64,000 bases of DNA from positions 32,001 through 96,000 of the IMG/VR virus record IMGVR_UViG_3300042890_002891; one strand, given 5' to 3'. Below the pieces are notes generated by a model. That model made no database searches and was not told where the DNA came from. It worked only from the letters and a program-made list of their open reading frames with translations. Position 1 is the stretch's first letter; every line of letters begins with the position of its first letter. Position numbers and translations under genes: made by a program. Positions 21,278 through 31,516 of this stretch are shown in pieces. The stretch is from a virus (taxonomy: Duplodnaviria > Heunggongvirae > Uroviricota > Caudoviricetes).

Positions 21278-21375
21278 CCTGGCTAAAGAACTTATGGGCA
21301 AGAATTACCCTGGAATATCGTTACCGAAAGAAATTAAAAGAATTGAGAAAGCGTGATCCTTTTATCTATAAATGA
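21274..21375 (+). CDS. 33-aa peptide MTWLKNLWARITLEYRYRKKLKELRKRDPFIYK, carbamoyltransferase-associated small protein
   Basis: ATGA overlaps with both neighbours; PFIY ending recalls small proteins found beside NodU-type carbamoyltransferases. Confidence 0.7.
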   Translation: MTWLKNLWARITLEYRYRKKLKELRKRDPFIYK

Positions 21376-22853
21376 ATATACTAGGAGTCTCGGCAGGGTT
21401 TCATGACGCTGCTGCCACAGTGCTGAGTTCACAAGGTGACGTGTTGTTTGCTGGACACAGCGAACGCTACAGCAAACGCAAGAATGATGCCGACTTCTGT
21501 CCAGGGCTCTTGGATGATATCTTGCCGTATGCACCTGCGCATGTGGCCTATTATGAACGTCCCTGGGCCAAGCAACTGCGTCAACTTTATGCTGGACAAG
21601 GCATTGACTGGAACAAACTCACAGTAGGGCAAATACTCAAGTCTCAGCTGGGCGACAGTATTGAACCAGAGCGAGTATCTAGTCACAGTCATCACCTGAG
21701 CCATGCGGCTTCAGGATTTCAAACCAGCCCGTTTGATCGTGCCACAGTCGTGGTAATAGATGCAGTGGGCGAATGGGAAACAGTTACTATATGGGGCGCA
21801 GAATATGATTCAACGGGTCGTGCAATTTATAAAAAACTGTGGCAACAAAATTACCCACATTCCATCGGACTCTTTTATAGTGCAGTCACTGGCCGCGTTG
21901 GCCTACACCCACTAGACGAAGAATACATACTAATGGGCATGGCTGCTTATGGCAATCCGGGCATCAGCGAACTCATGAGAATGAATCTGGTGCAGGATGA
22001 ATGGGAAATTAGATTCAAAGAAAATCTACACACAGGACTAGATCCCAAGTATCTGGAACATTTTAGTGACGCAGATCTGGCAGCAGGGGCACAGGATCTA
22101 GCGGAAGACTTGATTCTAAACGTCATGATGCGAGCTCGAAACTTCAAGTTCAGCAGCAATCTAGTTTATCAAGGCGGGGTTGCACTCAATTGCAGTGCCA
22201 ACAGACGAATAGGAAATTATTTTGAAAACATTTGGATTATGCCTTGCCCTGGTGATGCTGGCTCTAGCCTGGGAGCCGCTGCGTTGGCTTATGGTCAGCG
22301 GGTTAATTGGACTAGTGCTTTTCTTGGCCATGATATCCCCGGTGCTTATCCTGTTAATCTTCTACTTGATAATCTTGTTACCACTGGCATTGTTGGCGTG
22401 GCCTCAGGTCGTGCAGAGTTTGGACCTAGAGCCCTTGGACATAGAAGCCTGCTTGCAGACCCCAGAGGACCAGACATAAAAGATCGTGTGAATGAAATCA
22501 AACGACGTCAACAGTTCCGACCATTTGCTCCTGTGATACTGGAAGAACTGGCTGATCAGTACTTTATCATGCCTCGTGGTTGGGAACACAGTCCTTACAT
22601 GCAGTCAGTGAGTCATTGTCGCAGTCCTGAACTGTATCCTGCTATTGTGCATCATGATGGCACCAGCAGAGTACAAACTGTATCAAAAGATTCGCCATCG
22701 GGCATTAGAGAACTCTTGGAAAAATGGTATGTCATGACCGGCTGTCCCATGCTGCTGAACACCAGCCTGAACATACGCGGTGAACCCATGGTCAACGATC
22801 GCGCGGACGCAGATCGATTCGAAGCCTTGTACGGTGTTACTGTGTGTAGCTAA
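21372..22853 (+). CDS. O-carbamoyltransferase (NodU/CmcH family)
   Basis: FHDAAA, HHLSHAAS, DAVGE, GGVALN, EFGPRALGHRS, FRPFAP, LLNTSLN. Confidence 0.95.
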   Translation: MNILGVSAGFHDAAATVLSSQGDVLFAGHSERYSKRKNDADFCPGLLDDILPYAPAHVAYYERPWAKQLRQLYAGQGIDWNKLTVGQILKSQLGDSIEPERVSSHSHHLSHAASGFQTSPFDRATVVVIDAVGEWETVTIWGAEYDSTGRAIYKKLWQQNYPHSIGLFYSAVTGRVGLHPLDEEYILMGMAAYGNPGISELMRMNLVQDEWEIRFKENLHTGLDPKYLEHFSDADLAAGAQDLAEDLILNVMMRARNFKFSSNLVYQGGVALNCSANRRIGNYFENIWIMPCPGDAGSSLGAAALAYGQRVNWTSAFLGHDIPGAYPVNLLLDNLVTTGIVGVASGRAEFGPRALGHRSLLADPRGPDIKDRVNEIKRRQQFRPFAPVILEELADQYFIMPRGWEHSPYMQSVSHCRSPELYPAIVHHDGTSRVQTVSKDSPSGIRELLEKWYVMTGCPMLLNTSLNIRGEPMVNDRADADRFEALYGVTVCS

Positions 22854-24009
22854 GACGGTCAATCAAGCGAGCTAGACTGGGCCTGGAACGCTGTATAAAC
22901 AATTGTTGGTTGTGTATCAAATCGGGCATGCATTTCAAATACCATTGATGCAGGTCCTGCTGTTTGATCTGCTGCAAAGTTTGTTTTACAGCAAACCAAC
23001 GTTGAGTATTATCTACTATGCTATCGTAACTGTTGTCAATCACTGAATCAAATGTACGATATCCTGCAGAACGCAAGGCCGCCAAACTGCCCACGGGTCC
23101 TGCTATCACAAATGGTTGTCCAAACTTCATGCACTTGTAGGTTTTTTCAGTGATAAAAGCACCACCGCTTTGATCCACATCAAACAAGGTTTCGATTGAG
23201 ATGTGGCAATAGCTGTTAAGATAAAGATCAGTATTGATCATTCTGTGATCGTTGTGTGCATCTGAATCAGGACCGTCACAGTAGTATGGACCATTTGCCA
23301 GGAACAACTGTAGTTTTTTGACCCAGTCCGAGTCAGACTTTATGCTAATAGGGTTGTTGTCCTCCAGATCATCTATAGTGCAATCAGTATTGTAACTCCA
23401 CAGGCTGTTGTTTAGAATACCATCGGCATGCAGATCACTCATGATGCTGCCGCGCCACCATTTGTGTATGCGATTCAGTGCAGTAAAGTCATACTGTCTA
23501 GGAAGATCAGTTACAGGAGTGTAACCTTGACGACGATTAACATAACTCAAAAAGTATTCGTGATCTGGAAAGTAATGGCATCTAGCCACAGAATTGGCCA
23601 CAGTATTGGCACTCACAAACAAATAACAATCCACAGGCAGCTGATGTTGCACACACAAACTATCCAGACGTTCTCGTATGCGATCAGGATTGTCCCCTTC
23701 GTGATAGTAGAACAATACTTTTATTTCTTTCAGCTGCAATTTAGCAATAGTGTTGAGTTTCATTAGTCCAAAATAATCACAATCAAAATCGTGCCAGCCC
23801 AGCGCAACCGGATACCAACTACCTGCGGGTGCTTGATCCACTGTGCTGCTGGTCCAAACGGCCCCTGCATGTTTGAGATATACTAGCAGTCTGAATGCAA
23901 TTGTTCTGGGCCAGGTGTTGTCAAAGTCGTCTGGCCCTAGACCTAGATCAGCAAGATTAGGATATCCTAATTCAGGATCACTCATGGTGTCGTAGCAAAA
24001 ATTTATCAT
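22837..24009 (-). CDS. GT-B-like family protein, paralogue 4
   Basis: ISIET...ITEKTYK...LRSAGYRTF..IDNSYD. Confidence 0.55.
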   Translation of the reverse strand: MINFCYDTMSDPELGYPNLADLGLGPDDFDNTWPRTIAFRLLVYLKHAGAVWTSSTVDQAPAGSWYPVALGWHDFDCDYFGLMKLNTIAKLQLKEIKVLFYYHEGDNPDRIRERLDSLCVQHQLPVDCYLFVSANTVANSVARCHYFPDHEYFLSYVNRRQGYTPVTDLPRQYDFTALNRIHKWWRGSIMSDLHADGILNNSLWSYNTDCTIDDLEDNNPISIKSDSDWVKKLQLFLANGPYYCDGPDSDAHNDHRMINTDLYLNSYCHISIETLFDVDQSGGAFITEKTYKCMKFGQPFVIAGPVGSLAALRSAGYRTFDSVIDNSYDSIVDNTQRWFAVKQTLQQIKQQDLHQWYLKCMPDLIHNQQLFIQRSRPSLARLIDRLSYTQ

Positions 24010-25154
24010 GTATCTATCTGTGCCAGCATGTTGTTTAGTTCAGTCCACAATACTGCTTCAAAACCACCCTTGTAGAAATGATTCCAGTTGTGTTCTATTA
24101 CTTCTTGAGCTGCATCAAACAACTGTTGCTTGGCTTTGGTAGACAGCACGTCTAGACTCTTTAGCAGTTCAGCAATGCGAGTAATACGCAAATCGTCCTC
24201 GGCCAAATCATAACTCTCGTCCCAGATGTTGCCAAAGGTTCGGAAACCGTAACTGCGCAGGTATTCGAGACTACCACGTGTGCCCACAACAACAAATGGC
24301 ATACCTAGAGCAATGGGCTTGAATGTCTTTTCAGTCAAATGATGTCTACGTCCTGTAGCCACAGTTTCAGTCACAAGATATAGTAGGCTTTCGGCTGCCT
24401 CATCAAACAAGCTGAGCCAACAGCTATGCATGGGATGGTCGGTTTCATTCACAAAGTTGATGGGCAAGGTCTGTGCCGCAAATACAGATTCAATGTCAGG
24501 ATATTTTGCTGCCAAGGGCTTGATGGCATGGTGTATGCTGATGTTTTCTGCAGGGCATGTGTCGGGACAACTGATATGATTGTGCGTCATATCATGCTTG
24601 AATATGTGATACAGTATTTCTAATCTATGTTGCCGTTCGCCAGCCACAATACGATTAGGGGCAATAAATGTTCGGGTTATAGTGCGTTCTTGTATTGGCT
24701 GTATCAAAAAGGTCTTGTCATATCCGCGATACCAGTCCAGTGCTGCCCAGCCATGAAAGAAATAGTAAGCAGGTTTCCACTTGAAATGAGCACACACATA
24801 TTCAACATTTTCGCTATCATGTTCACTGGTCAACAGGTATCCAGGAATTTCACCATTTGCACGTGGTATCTTGCTCCAGGCGCCAGTGACTCTATTAAGA
24901 TATATGTTGGAGTGTATATCTGCATTGAGAGTTATAACTTTCTCAAAAGTCTCCATGTGTATGCTCAAATGAATAGGCTCTTGGTCATAAATGAATATAT
25001 AATTGTGTTCGTGAGCAGTATCACTACCGTAACTAACTACACTGTCTGGATCACTGCGCCCAAACGGATCGCAATGAAACACTCTGTAACCTGGACGATT
25101 CCGTTGAAACCAAGGCCAAAAAGTGTTGTTGTAAATTTCATCTATTCTGATCAT
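24006..25154 (-). CDS. GT-B-like family protein, paralogue 5
   Basis: LVTET...LTEKTFKP...LRSYGFRTF..WDESYD; start moved to ATG 25154 (MIRIDE). Confidence 0.55.
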   Translation of the reverse strand: MIRIDEIYNNTFWPWFQRNRPGYRVFHCDPFGRSDPDSVVSYGSDTAHEHNYIFIYDQEPIHLSIHMETFEKVITLNADIHSNIYLNRVTGAWSKIPRANGEIPGYLLTSEHDSENVEYVCAHFKWKPAYYFFHGWAALDWYRGYDKTFLIQPIQERTITRTFIAPNRIVAGERQHRLEILYHIFKHDMTHNHISCPDTCPAENISIHHAIKPLAAKYPDIESVFAAQTLPINFVNETDHPMHSCWLSLFDEAAESLLYLVTETVATGRRHHLTEKTFKPIALGMPFVVVGTRGSLEYLRSYGFRTFGNIWDESYDLAEDDLRITRIAELLKSLDVLSTKAKQQLFDAAQEVIEHNWNHFYKGGFEAVLWTELNNMLAQIDT

Positions 25155-25156
25155 TA

Positions 25157-26968
25157 ATGTTCGACGTATTTTATATTGGAAATAAACCCAACCTGTTTGT
25201 GCATGAGTGTGAGGTTGAATCAATTGAACAAGCACAGCAACAGAGTCGCACTGGATATTTCTGGATGGTATCATACTTAGTGGATTACACAGGGTTCAAT
25301 TTCCTTTGGAAACCAGCACCTTGGCAAGGTCATCAGTGTCATGCTTGGCCCAGCCAATGGCAAAAAGATTCAGGTACATATCTAGCGCCCAAGTCAGGCT
25401 ATTTTGAAATCAACTACAGAAAAGACCAAGTGCTGACGCGGTTACAGGACCGGAGCAACTGGGTCATTCCTGACAATTTTGATGCAGATAGTTTTGACTT
25501 CTCCTGGCATCCTGACACAACAGAACCTGATTATGTATATCAATTTGGCACACAGCATCAACGCACAGGCGGTCCAAAATATTGTGTGGCAGGTGCCATA
25601 GATCTGAAGTTTTGCGATCAAGTCAGAGGAAGTGTCAAGTCTGGCACAACACCCATAATTGAAATAAATCACCTGGACGGCAATGCTGGACAAGTTCCAG
25701 GAGTTGTATCCACTGTTCGTTACTTTGACAACTACAAAGATACACTTGCTAGAATTGCCAACACTTGTGAACACGAGTATGTGTGGATTGTCAGTAGTAT
25801 CTGCGACTACAGTAATTTTGACTTCTCCTGGCATCCTGAGCTATGGCAAAACACCATGCTGCATGTGTTTGCTAGCGACGAGCAAAAGTTTGGCGACACA
25901 TTCTATATGCATGTGCCCAGCTTCCAAAAGCGTATAGATCAATTTGCATTGCTTGATTGGTATGATCTAAACTTTGTTAGTACTGGCGTTCCACGTAGAC
26001 CCATGCCCATAGTACAGCACGATCAAGACAGTCATGCAGATGTGATTCGGACTCGAAACTTTGCCGGTCCACTAGCAGTATTCACACAGTCTGCCTACAT
26101 GAGCGCAAACTTGGTCACTGTGTCATTGTGGAGAGAACAAACCAAGACTATAGTTCCGTTGAATCCCGGTGCATCTAGTGTGATTGTGCCTCGAACAGCC
26201 GTGCCTTATATCAAGACACAGCTATACGATTACCCTTATGTGGACAAGACGCATCGTGTGCTACTGGATCCGCGCCAGGACATTGTGTTCATCTCCAACG
26301 GTGAAACCAACGCTGAAGATAATTGGACAATTCTAGAAAGCAGAATCATAGGACTAGAGACAAATAAACTACACAGAGTCGATCGTGTGAATGGTCGTGC
26401 AGCAGCATATCATGCAGCAGCCCAGGCCAGTACTACGCCGTGGTTCTTTGCTGTGTTTGGTAAGTTAGCAATTGATCTTGACTTTGACTGGGCATGGCAA
26501 CCTGATCGCATGCAACAAGCCAAACACTATATCTTTCATGCTCGGAATCCGGTCAATGGCCTAATATACGGACATCAGGCCATGATCGCATACAACAAAC
26601 AATTGGTACTAGACAATCCAGGAGTGGGACTAGACTTCACGCTGGACTCACCACATGAAGTAGTGCCCATCTTGAGTGGAGTGGCATACTACGATACTAG
26701 TGCCTGGAGTACATGGCGCACAGCATTCAGAGAAGTTCTAAAACTTCAAGCCAGCTTGCCAGATGTGGAAAATGAATACCGTCTAAACAAATGGCTTGAT
26801 ATCAACAGTGACGAAACAGATCCGCAGTGGAGCCGACTTGGTGCAGAAGATGCTGTAGAATATTACAATCAAGTCAACGGTGACTTTGCAGCTCTTAAGA
26901 AAAGCTACGAGTGGGAGTGGCTTGCAAGTTATGCGTTTGTCAAACGCAGCCTATTACCGAGTCAATGA
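25157..26968 (+). CDS. Multidomain glycosyltransferase-like protein
   Basis: Internal F(D/N)FSW(H/K)P repeats; C-terminal domain paralogous to 7513-8439 (NPVNGLIYG, WRTAFRE). Confidence 0.6.
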   Translation: MFDVFYIGNKPNLFVHECEVESIEQAQQQSRTGYFWMVSYLVDYTGFNFLWKPAPWQGHQCHAWPSQWQKDSGTYLAPKSGYFEINYRKDQVLTRLQDRSNWVIPDNFDADSFDFSWHPDTTEPDYVYQFGTQHQRTGGPKYCVAGAIDLKFCDQVRGSVKSGTTPIIEINHLDGNAGQVPGVVSTVRYFDNYKDTLARIANTCEHEYVWIVSSICDYSNFDFSWHPELWQNTMLHVFASDEQKFGDTFYMHVPSFQKRIDQFALLDWYDLNFVSTGVPRRPMPIVQHDQDSHADVIRTRNFAGPLAVFTQSAYMSANLVTVSLWREQTKTIVPLNPGASSVIVPRTAVPYIKTQLYDYPYVDKTHRVLLDPRQDIVFISNGETNAEDNWTILESRIIGLETNKLHRVDRVNGRAAAYHAAAQASTTPWFFAVFGKLAIDLDFDWAWQPDRMQQAKHYIFHARNPVNGLIYGHQAMIAYNKQLVLDNPGVGLDFTLDSPHEVVPILSGVAYYDTSAWSTWRTAFREVLKLQASLPDVENEYRLNKWLDINSDETDPQWSRLGAEDAVEYYNQVNGDFAALKKSYEWEWLASYAFVKRSLLPSQ

Positions 26969-28010
26969 TGTATTCTGCTTCTGAGTCAGTGAGCTCAGGA
27001 TAGATTGGCAGACTCAAACAGCGTCGGCTTAGAGAATAGCAGGCACCCAATATATCAGGAGCAGCACAATCTTGATATGGATTCAAGGCCTGGATAGGAT
27101 CTAGATAATGTACTTTGGTTTCAATGCCAAGATCAGTTAGCGCCTGATGTAGCTGATCTCTATGATCAACATCAATTACAAATTTGTGATAGCAATGCTC
27201 TCGATAGTTTGTGGCGTCAATCAGTGAACGAATTCCGGCTTGACTCAGTTGCTCCATCCAGTGTCGCGCAATCTCTCCCCTGCGGGTTTGCCATGCATCT
27301 ATGTAACGAGTCTTGACCATCATCTGCGCACAGTCAACTTCACTCATTCGCGAGTTTGTGCCAGTCTGCGCACTGCCACTAATGCGATATGATCGATTTC
27401 TAATCCAGTTTCTAGCAAAGAGATCCAACAGGATGCTATCAGTAATTACTGCTCCGCCGTTGCCGTAGTTGTTGAAGTTCTTGGTAGGATCAAAACTGAT
27501 AGCAGCCGCAAACCCCCTGCGTTCACAGTTGCGACTCAACCAATGTTGTGCAGCATCTTCAACCCAGGTTCTAGAGTATCCTTCAGACGCATAACTGGAA
27601 TCCAGGGCGTGGCCATACAAGCCAACAGGGCAAATCACAGTGGCGTCTTTGTGAACAGTTGCCAAATCCATTAGTCCATATGCATTGGTATCTGCCACGG
27701 TCACAGTCCAACCTGCTCGTCGCCACGCATTGGCAGTGGCCACATAGGTCATTGCAGGAACTGATACTATCGCATCATCTAGATCATGGAGATAACTAGC
27801 AATGATTTCCAGGGCCTGTGTGCCTGAATGACATGTGATTGCATACAGGCTGTGATTCTTTTTGGCCAGCCAGGATTCAAATTGTTCGGTATATTCACCG
27901 CTCATGAGAGATCCTGAACGCAACACAGTGTCTGTTGCATCCAGAATTTCTGTGCGTAGATTGTTATACTGTTTTGGTATTCCAGTAAACGGAATTTTTA
28001 AGCCATTCAT
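26940..28010 (-). CDS. DegT/DnrJ/EryC1/StrS PLP-dependent aminotransferase
   Basis: SGTQAL, EDAAQ, SFDPTKN, GNGG, LSLPIYP. Confidence 0.92.
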   Translation of the reverse strand: MNGLKIPFTGIPKQYNNLRTEILDATDTVLRSGSLMSGEYTEQFESWLAKKNHSLYAITCHSGTQALEIIASYLHDLDDAIVSVPAMTYVATANAWRRAGWTVTVADTNAYGLMDLATVHKDATVICPVGLYGHALDSSYASEGYSRTWVEDAAQHWLSRNCERRGFAAAISFDPTKNFNNYGNGGAVITDSILLDLFARNWIRNRSYRISGSAQTGTNSRMSEVDCAQMMVKTRYIDAWQTRRGEIARHWMEQLSQAGIRSLIDATNYREHCYHKFVIDVDHRDQLHQALTDLGIETKVHYLDPIQALNPYQDCAAPDILGACYSLSRRCLSLPIYPELTDSEAEYIIDSVIGCV

Positions 28011-28932
28011 AATACTTTTCAAAGCCCTCTTCTACATCTACTTGGGGATCAAATCCAAAGTCTCTACGTGCAGCATCAATGTTCAGCGCACCGCGACTGG
28101 GAAAGTCTGTGTCCTTGTCTCGGACCACAATAGAGCCCGAGCCTGCAAGTTTGACTGCCAAGTTAGCAGCGTCCCATAATGTTCTACTGTGACTCTTGGT
28201 GATGTTATAGGTTTTGTTATCAGTGTTGTGGCTCAATGCAGCAGCCACAATACCATCAGCAGCATCTTCCACATAGGTAAAGTCCAGGGTTTCGTTTTTG
28301 CCATTCACATTCAATACACCGCCGCGCATGGCAGCCAGCATGAATTTTGCAATGACTCTATCTTCCACATCCAAGGGCCCGTACACAGCACTGGGACGAA
28401 TGATAGTGTGTGCAATATTGTCTCTGCGTGTGTAGTCTCGTACCAGCCATTCACCTGCCAGTTTCATAATGCCATACTGCCCTTGCGGAGCACATACTGC
28501 ATCTTCTGTTACATCATCCACAAAGTCTCCGTACACCATGGAACTGCTGATATACACAAATTTGCGTGTATCGTAGTTCCGGCTGGCTTCCAACAAGTTT
28601 AGCAAGCCTTCGCTCATCACACGACTGCCCTTTGCAGGGTTGGCATTGACCACTTTCTGTCGCGGAAAGCTGGCCATGTGAATCACAATCTCCGGCTGTT
28701 CAATCTTGAACACCTTGTTCACAGCATAGCTGTCACAAATGTCATACTTGTAGTATCTACTCAAGTTGATTTTCTTGATACGTTCTTCAACCAGATAATC
28801 TATTTCAGGCTGAGGAATAATTCCGTAGTTGGTTTGTGTGTCCATGATAGACACCACATGCCCTTGATCTTGCAGTCGTTGAACCACATTGTGCCCAATA
28901 AGACCAAGTCCGCCTGTTACTAGTATATTCAT
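27964..28932 (-). CDS. NAD-dependent nucleotide-sugar epimerase/dehydratase
   Basis: TGGLGLIG, SSSMVYG, YGIMK (YxxxK), DFTYVED. Confidence 0.92.
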   Translation of the reverse strand: MNILVTGGLGLIGHNVVQRLQDQGHVVSIMDTQTNYGIIPQPEIDYLVEERIKKINLSRYYKYDICDSYAVNKVFKIEQPEIVIHMASFPRQKVVNANPAKGSRVMSEGLLNLLEASRNYDTRKFVYISSSMVYGDFVDDVTEDAVCAPQGQYGIMKLAGEWLVRDYTRRDNIAHTIIRPSAVYGPLDVEDRVIAKFMLAAMRGGVLNVNGKNETLDFTYVEDAADGIVAAALSHNTDNKTYNITKSHSRTLWDAANLAVKLAGSGSIVVRDKDTDFPSRGALNIDAARRDFGFDPQVDVEEGFEKYYEWLKNSVYWNTKTV

Positions 28933-29201
28933 TTTCCTGTCCATTTCAATTGAAACATCATGTAAACTTTTTCGTCCATCAACCCATGCATACTGCTGGC
29001 ATAATCCCAATATCGACCAGGTTGTACTATACCCGGTGCTCCATATGTTTTTTGTAACCAACTCTCTTGATCTCGAGAGAGTTTTTCAAAAGTTCGATAC
29101 ACCATTATTGGTACAAATTTAGTGCCATCCCACATCTGCTTTCGAACAGGTGGACGAGATGTGGCCACAACATCTAGATATTCGATGTATTCACTGTTCA
29201 T
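28929..29201 (-). CDS. Hypothetical protein
   Basis: Coupled ORF ending MFQLKW. Confidence 0.6.
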   Translation of the reverse strand: MNSEYIEYLDVVATSRPPVRKQMWDGTKFVPIMVYRTFEKLSRDQESWLQKTYGAPGIVQPGRYWDYASSMHGLMDEKVYMMFQLKWTGK

Positions 29202-29518
29202 GTGTACTTGAGTTTGAAAAACGTTTGATCGGGCTCGCTGAGTCTGGCTATGATACTGAATCGATATGAATAGTTGCTGATATCCAAGTGTTGAGTCCAC
29301 CAAGGAGTTTCTACAGCATGAGCTATTACCCAGGCACCTGCTTCGCTGTGTTCCCAGTCTGTCAAAGGACCAGCTGCGTGTATCGCAGGATCTTCAATTT
29401 CAGACACACAAAAAGAATGCACAACCAGGTCCGAAAACGCCACAGATTGATCATTGATAAGTCTAAACTCTCGAGGCTTCCAGTGTGATCGGTCAGTTGG
29501 TGCAGCAGTTATGGCCAT
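29198..29518 (-). CDS. Hypothetical protein
   Basis: 106 aa ending FFKLKY; TTGCAA-17-TACACT promoter immediately upstream. Confidence 0.65.
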   Translation of the reverse strand: MAITAAPTDRSHWKPREFRLINDQSVAFSDLVVHSFCVSEIEDPAIHAAGPLTDWEHSEAGAWVIAHAVETPWWTQHLDISNYSYRFSIIARLSEPDQTFFKLKYT

Positions 29519-29541
29519 GTGTTAGTGTAACACATGATTGG

Positions 29542-30210
29542 TCACTTTGCAACTAGATCGGCAGCCATTGGAAAGATTGCTGCAATGGCTTGAGCACAGG
29601 CTAACGCAACAATTTGATGCTCTTTCTGGGTACCATTGGCACTCCTGAGTTCAATAAAATGAATCCAGGATCGCAAGGTACCATTCATGTACAGTCTACT
29701 CACAGTGTTGCCTTCAGGCAAGATGGCTCGGGCCTGTTCCTTGGCAATACCAAGTTCAATAGCTCGAGCATAATGCTTGCGAACCAGATCAATAACTTCT
29801 TGCTGTGCGCTGTCCCACCATAGTGCAAGATCAGCGTTGTCAGTTTCTATACTGTTTTGTCTATTCTTGGTGTCCTGGAGTCGGGCTTCTCTAAGTACAA
29901 AGTCAAGATCCTTTGTTGGGTCAGCGTAGCGTTGGCTGAACTCCTGGAACGCAAAGCTACGGTGTCTAAGGATTTGCCTTGCAATATCTCTTGTTGTTGT
30001 AATTTCCACGCAAGCTGAAACCATTTCAAGTGGACTCCAGTGAGCATGCTTAACCAGGTATCGGATGAGTTTTTCTGATGTGTCAGTGTTGAGCTGATTG
30101 GCAGGATTGGACACACGGGCGCAATACGCAATGAGTTCTTGTGCATTGTCGATTCCTGACTCTGCAAACTCCTTCGTGGGCTGACTGTAGCTGAGTAGTC
30201 GAACATTCAT
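29542..30210 (-). CDS. thyX: FAD-dependent thymidylate synthase
   Basis: HWSPLE, RQILRHRSFAFQEFSQRY signature. Confidence 0.97.
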   Translation of the reverse strand: MNVRLLSYSQPTKEFAESGIDNAQELIAYCARVSNPANQLNTDTSEKLIRYLVKHAHWSPLEMVSACVEITTTRDIARQILRHRSFAFQEFSQRYADPTKDLDFVLREARLQDTKNRQNSIETDNADLALWWDSAQQEVIDLVRKHYARAIELGIAKEQARAILPEGNTVSRLYMNGTLRSWIHFIELRSANGTQKEHQIVALACAQAIAAIFPMAADLVAK

Positions 30211-30509
30211 AGACTTTTTAATAATTTATCCGTGGCTGGTTGAACAATATTGGCAACAGCATTTACATCAACCACAAAGTCAATGGTACGCACAGTGTCG
30301 CCAAGCGAGTTGAGATTGCGGTTAAGCAGTTCTTCAATTTCATCGTTGTCAAGCCCGTCCCGTCTTAGTCTAGCTAGATTGATGGTCTTCTGACGATTGC
30401 CATCTATGCGAACGATCATTTTATTGATGCATTCTAACGGAACTTCGGTCTTTTCTACTTCTGAAATTATATGATCCCACTTGGACAGGAATTCTTCACT
30501 CAGCGGCAT
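30207..30509 (-). CDS. Hypothetical protein
   Basis: 100-aa coupled ORF. Confidence 0.7.
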   Translation of the reverse strand: MPLSEEFLSKWDHIISEVEKTEVPLECINKMIVRIDGNRQKTINLARLRRDGLDNDEIEELLNRNLNSLGDTVRTIDFVVDVNAVANIVQPATDKLLKSL

Positions 30510-31236
30510 GGGCAGCGACTTTGGCTTTGGCAGGTCGGCCCTTTTTCACTGCTGGCTTCTCAGCTTCCATCACTGGCATGGGTGCCATCTTGGGCAAGTC
30601 CATCATTCGTACACCAGGAAACATTTTTTCTGCTTCCTTCTTCATTCTGGCTGCTTCGTTGATCATGCCAGTTGCTTCGTTGTGCATGCGCACCGCCTGG
30701 GTAAGCATGTCAGCAGCAATGGATTTATCATCTAACGCACCGTCGACTGGGGCAGCAGAATAACCAGTGGTTGGTTTATTTTGTTGTGCCTTGTAGGCAG
30801 CTTCTGCTTGACGCTTGACTTTGGGATCTACCAATCCTGCATTGTTGTCCAGGTCAGCCATCTTCTTGATTGCATCAGATCCCAGTTTCATTTCGTTCAG
30901 GATCTTGTTGAGTTCGCTCAGTCGAACATTTGCATTGGGACTGGGTGTTACCAAAACATGTTCAGTATTCACACGCTTCATCAATCTTTCAGCATGCAGA
31001 GCCTGTAGCATGTTGCGACCATCCGGGAACAGATTGCGATTCAGTGCATCTGCCAATTCTTCGGCTGCTTGTCCGACAGGACTTTCCAGTACCTTCATCA
31101 GGGGATCATGAATGTGCATGGGCAGGAGGTCAGGATAGATAACCAAGCACATGTGCTCGTCGCCGGGGATCTGTCTAAAGACTACTGCAATCTTGCGATC
31201 GCTGTGTTTACCAATGTGTTTTAAAAATCTTGCCAT
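30496..31236 (-). CDS. Hypothetical protein
   Basis: AGGAG RBS before ATG 31236; C-terminal KKGRP basic tail. Confidence 0.75.
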   Translation of the reverse strand: MARFLKHIGKHSDRKIAVVFRQIPGDEHMCLVIYPDLLPMHIHDPLMKVLESPVGQAAEELADALNRNLFPDGRNMLQALHAERLMKRVNTEHVLVTPSPNANVRLSELNKILNEMKLGSDAIKKMADLDNNAGLVDPKVKRQAEAAYKAQQNKPTTGYSAAPVDGALDDKSIAADMLTQAVRMHNEATGMINEAARMKKEAEKMFPGVRMMDLPKMAPMPVMEAEKPAVKKGRPAKAKVAAHAAE

Positions 31237-31237
31237 G

Positions 31238-31447
31238 TTATTCTCCTTGGGGTTGTGTTTCAACTGGTGCCTGTGCTTCTTGAGCCTGGGCAATAGCGGT
31301 GGTGACAAATTGATCTAGCTTTTCATACAAGATTCCAATTTCTCGGGCTTCGCTGGCACCAAAGGCACCGCGTTTGAATGCAGCATCGATCACATTACGG
31401 CATGCCGCAATATCGTTGATTGTGAGTTGAAGTGTAGTGTCATCCAT
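31238..31447 (-). CDS. Hypothetical protein
   Basis: RGAFGASE motif; TAAATA just upstream. Confidence 0.7.
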   Translation of the reverse strand: MDDTTLQLTINDIAACRNVIDAAFKRGAFGASEAREIGILYEKLDQFVTTAIAQAQEAQAPVETQPQGE

Positions 31448-31463
31448 GTAGATATTTACAATA

Positions 31464-31498
31464 GAAAATCCCCAGACATAAATTTATCTGGGGATTTC
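31464..31498 (-). terminator. Hairpin terminator after VWA gene
   Basis: AAATCCCCAGA...TCTGGGGATTT inverted repeat. Confidence 0.6.
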
Positions 31499-31516
31499 GG
31501 TAAAACTGATTTCAGT

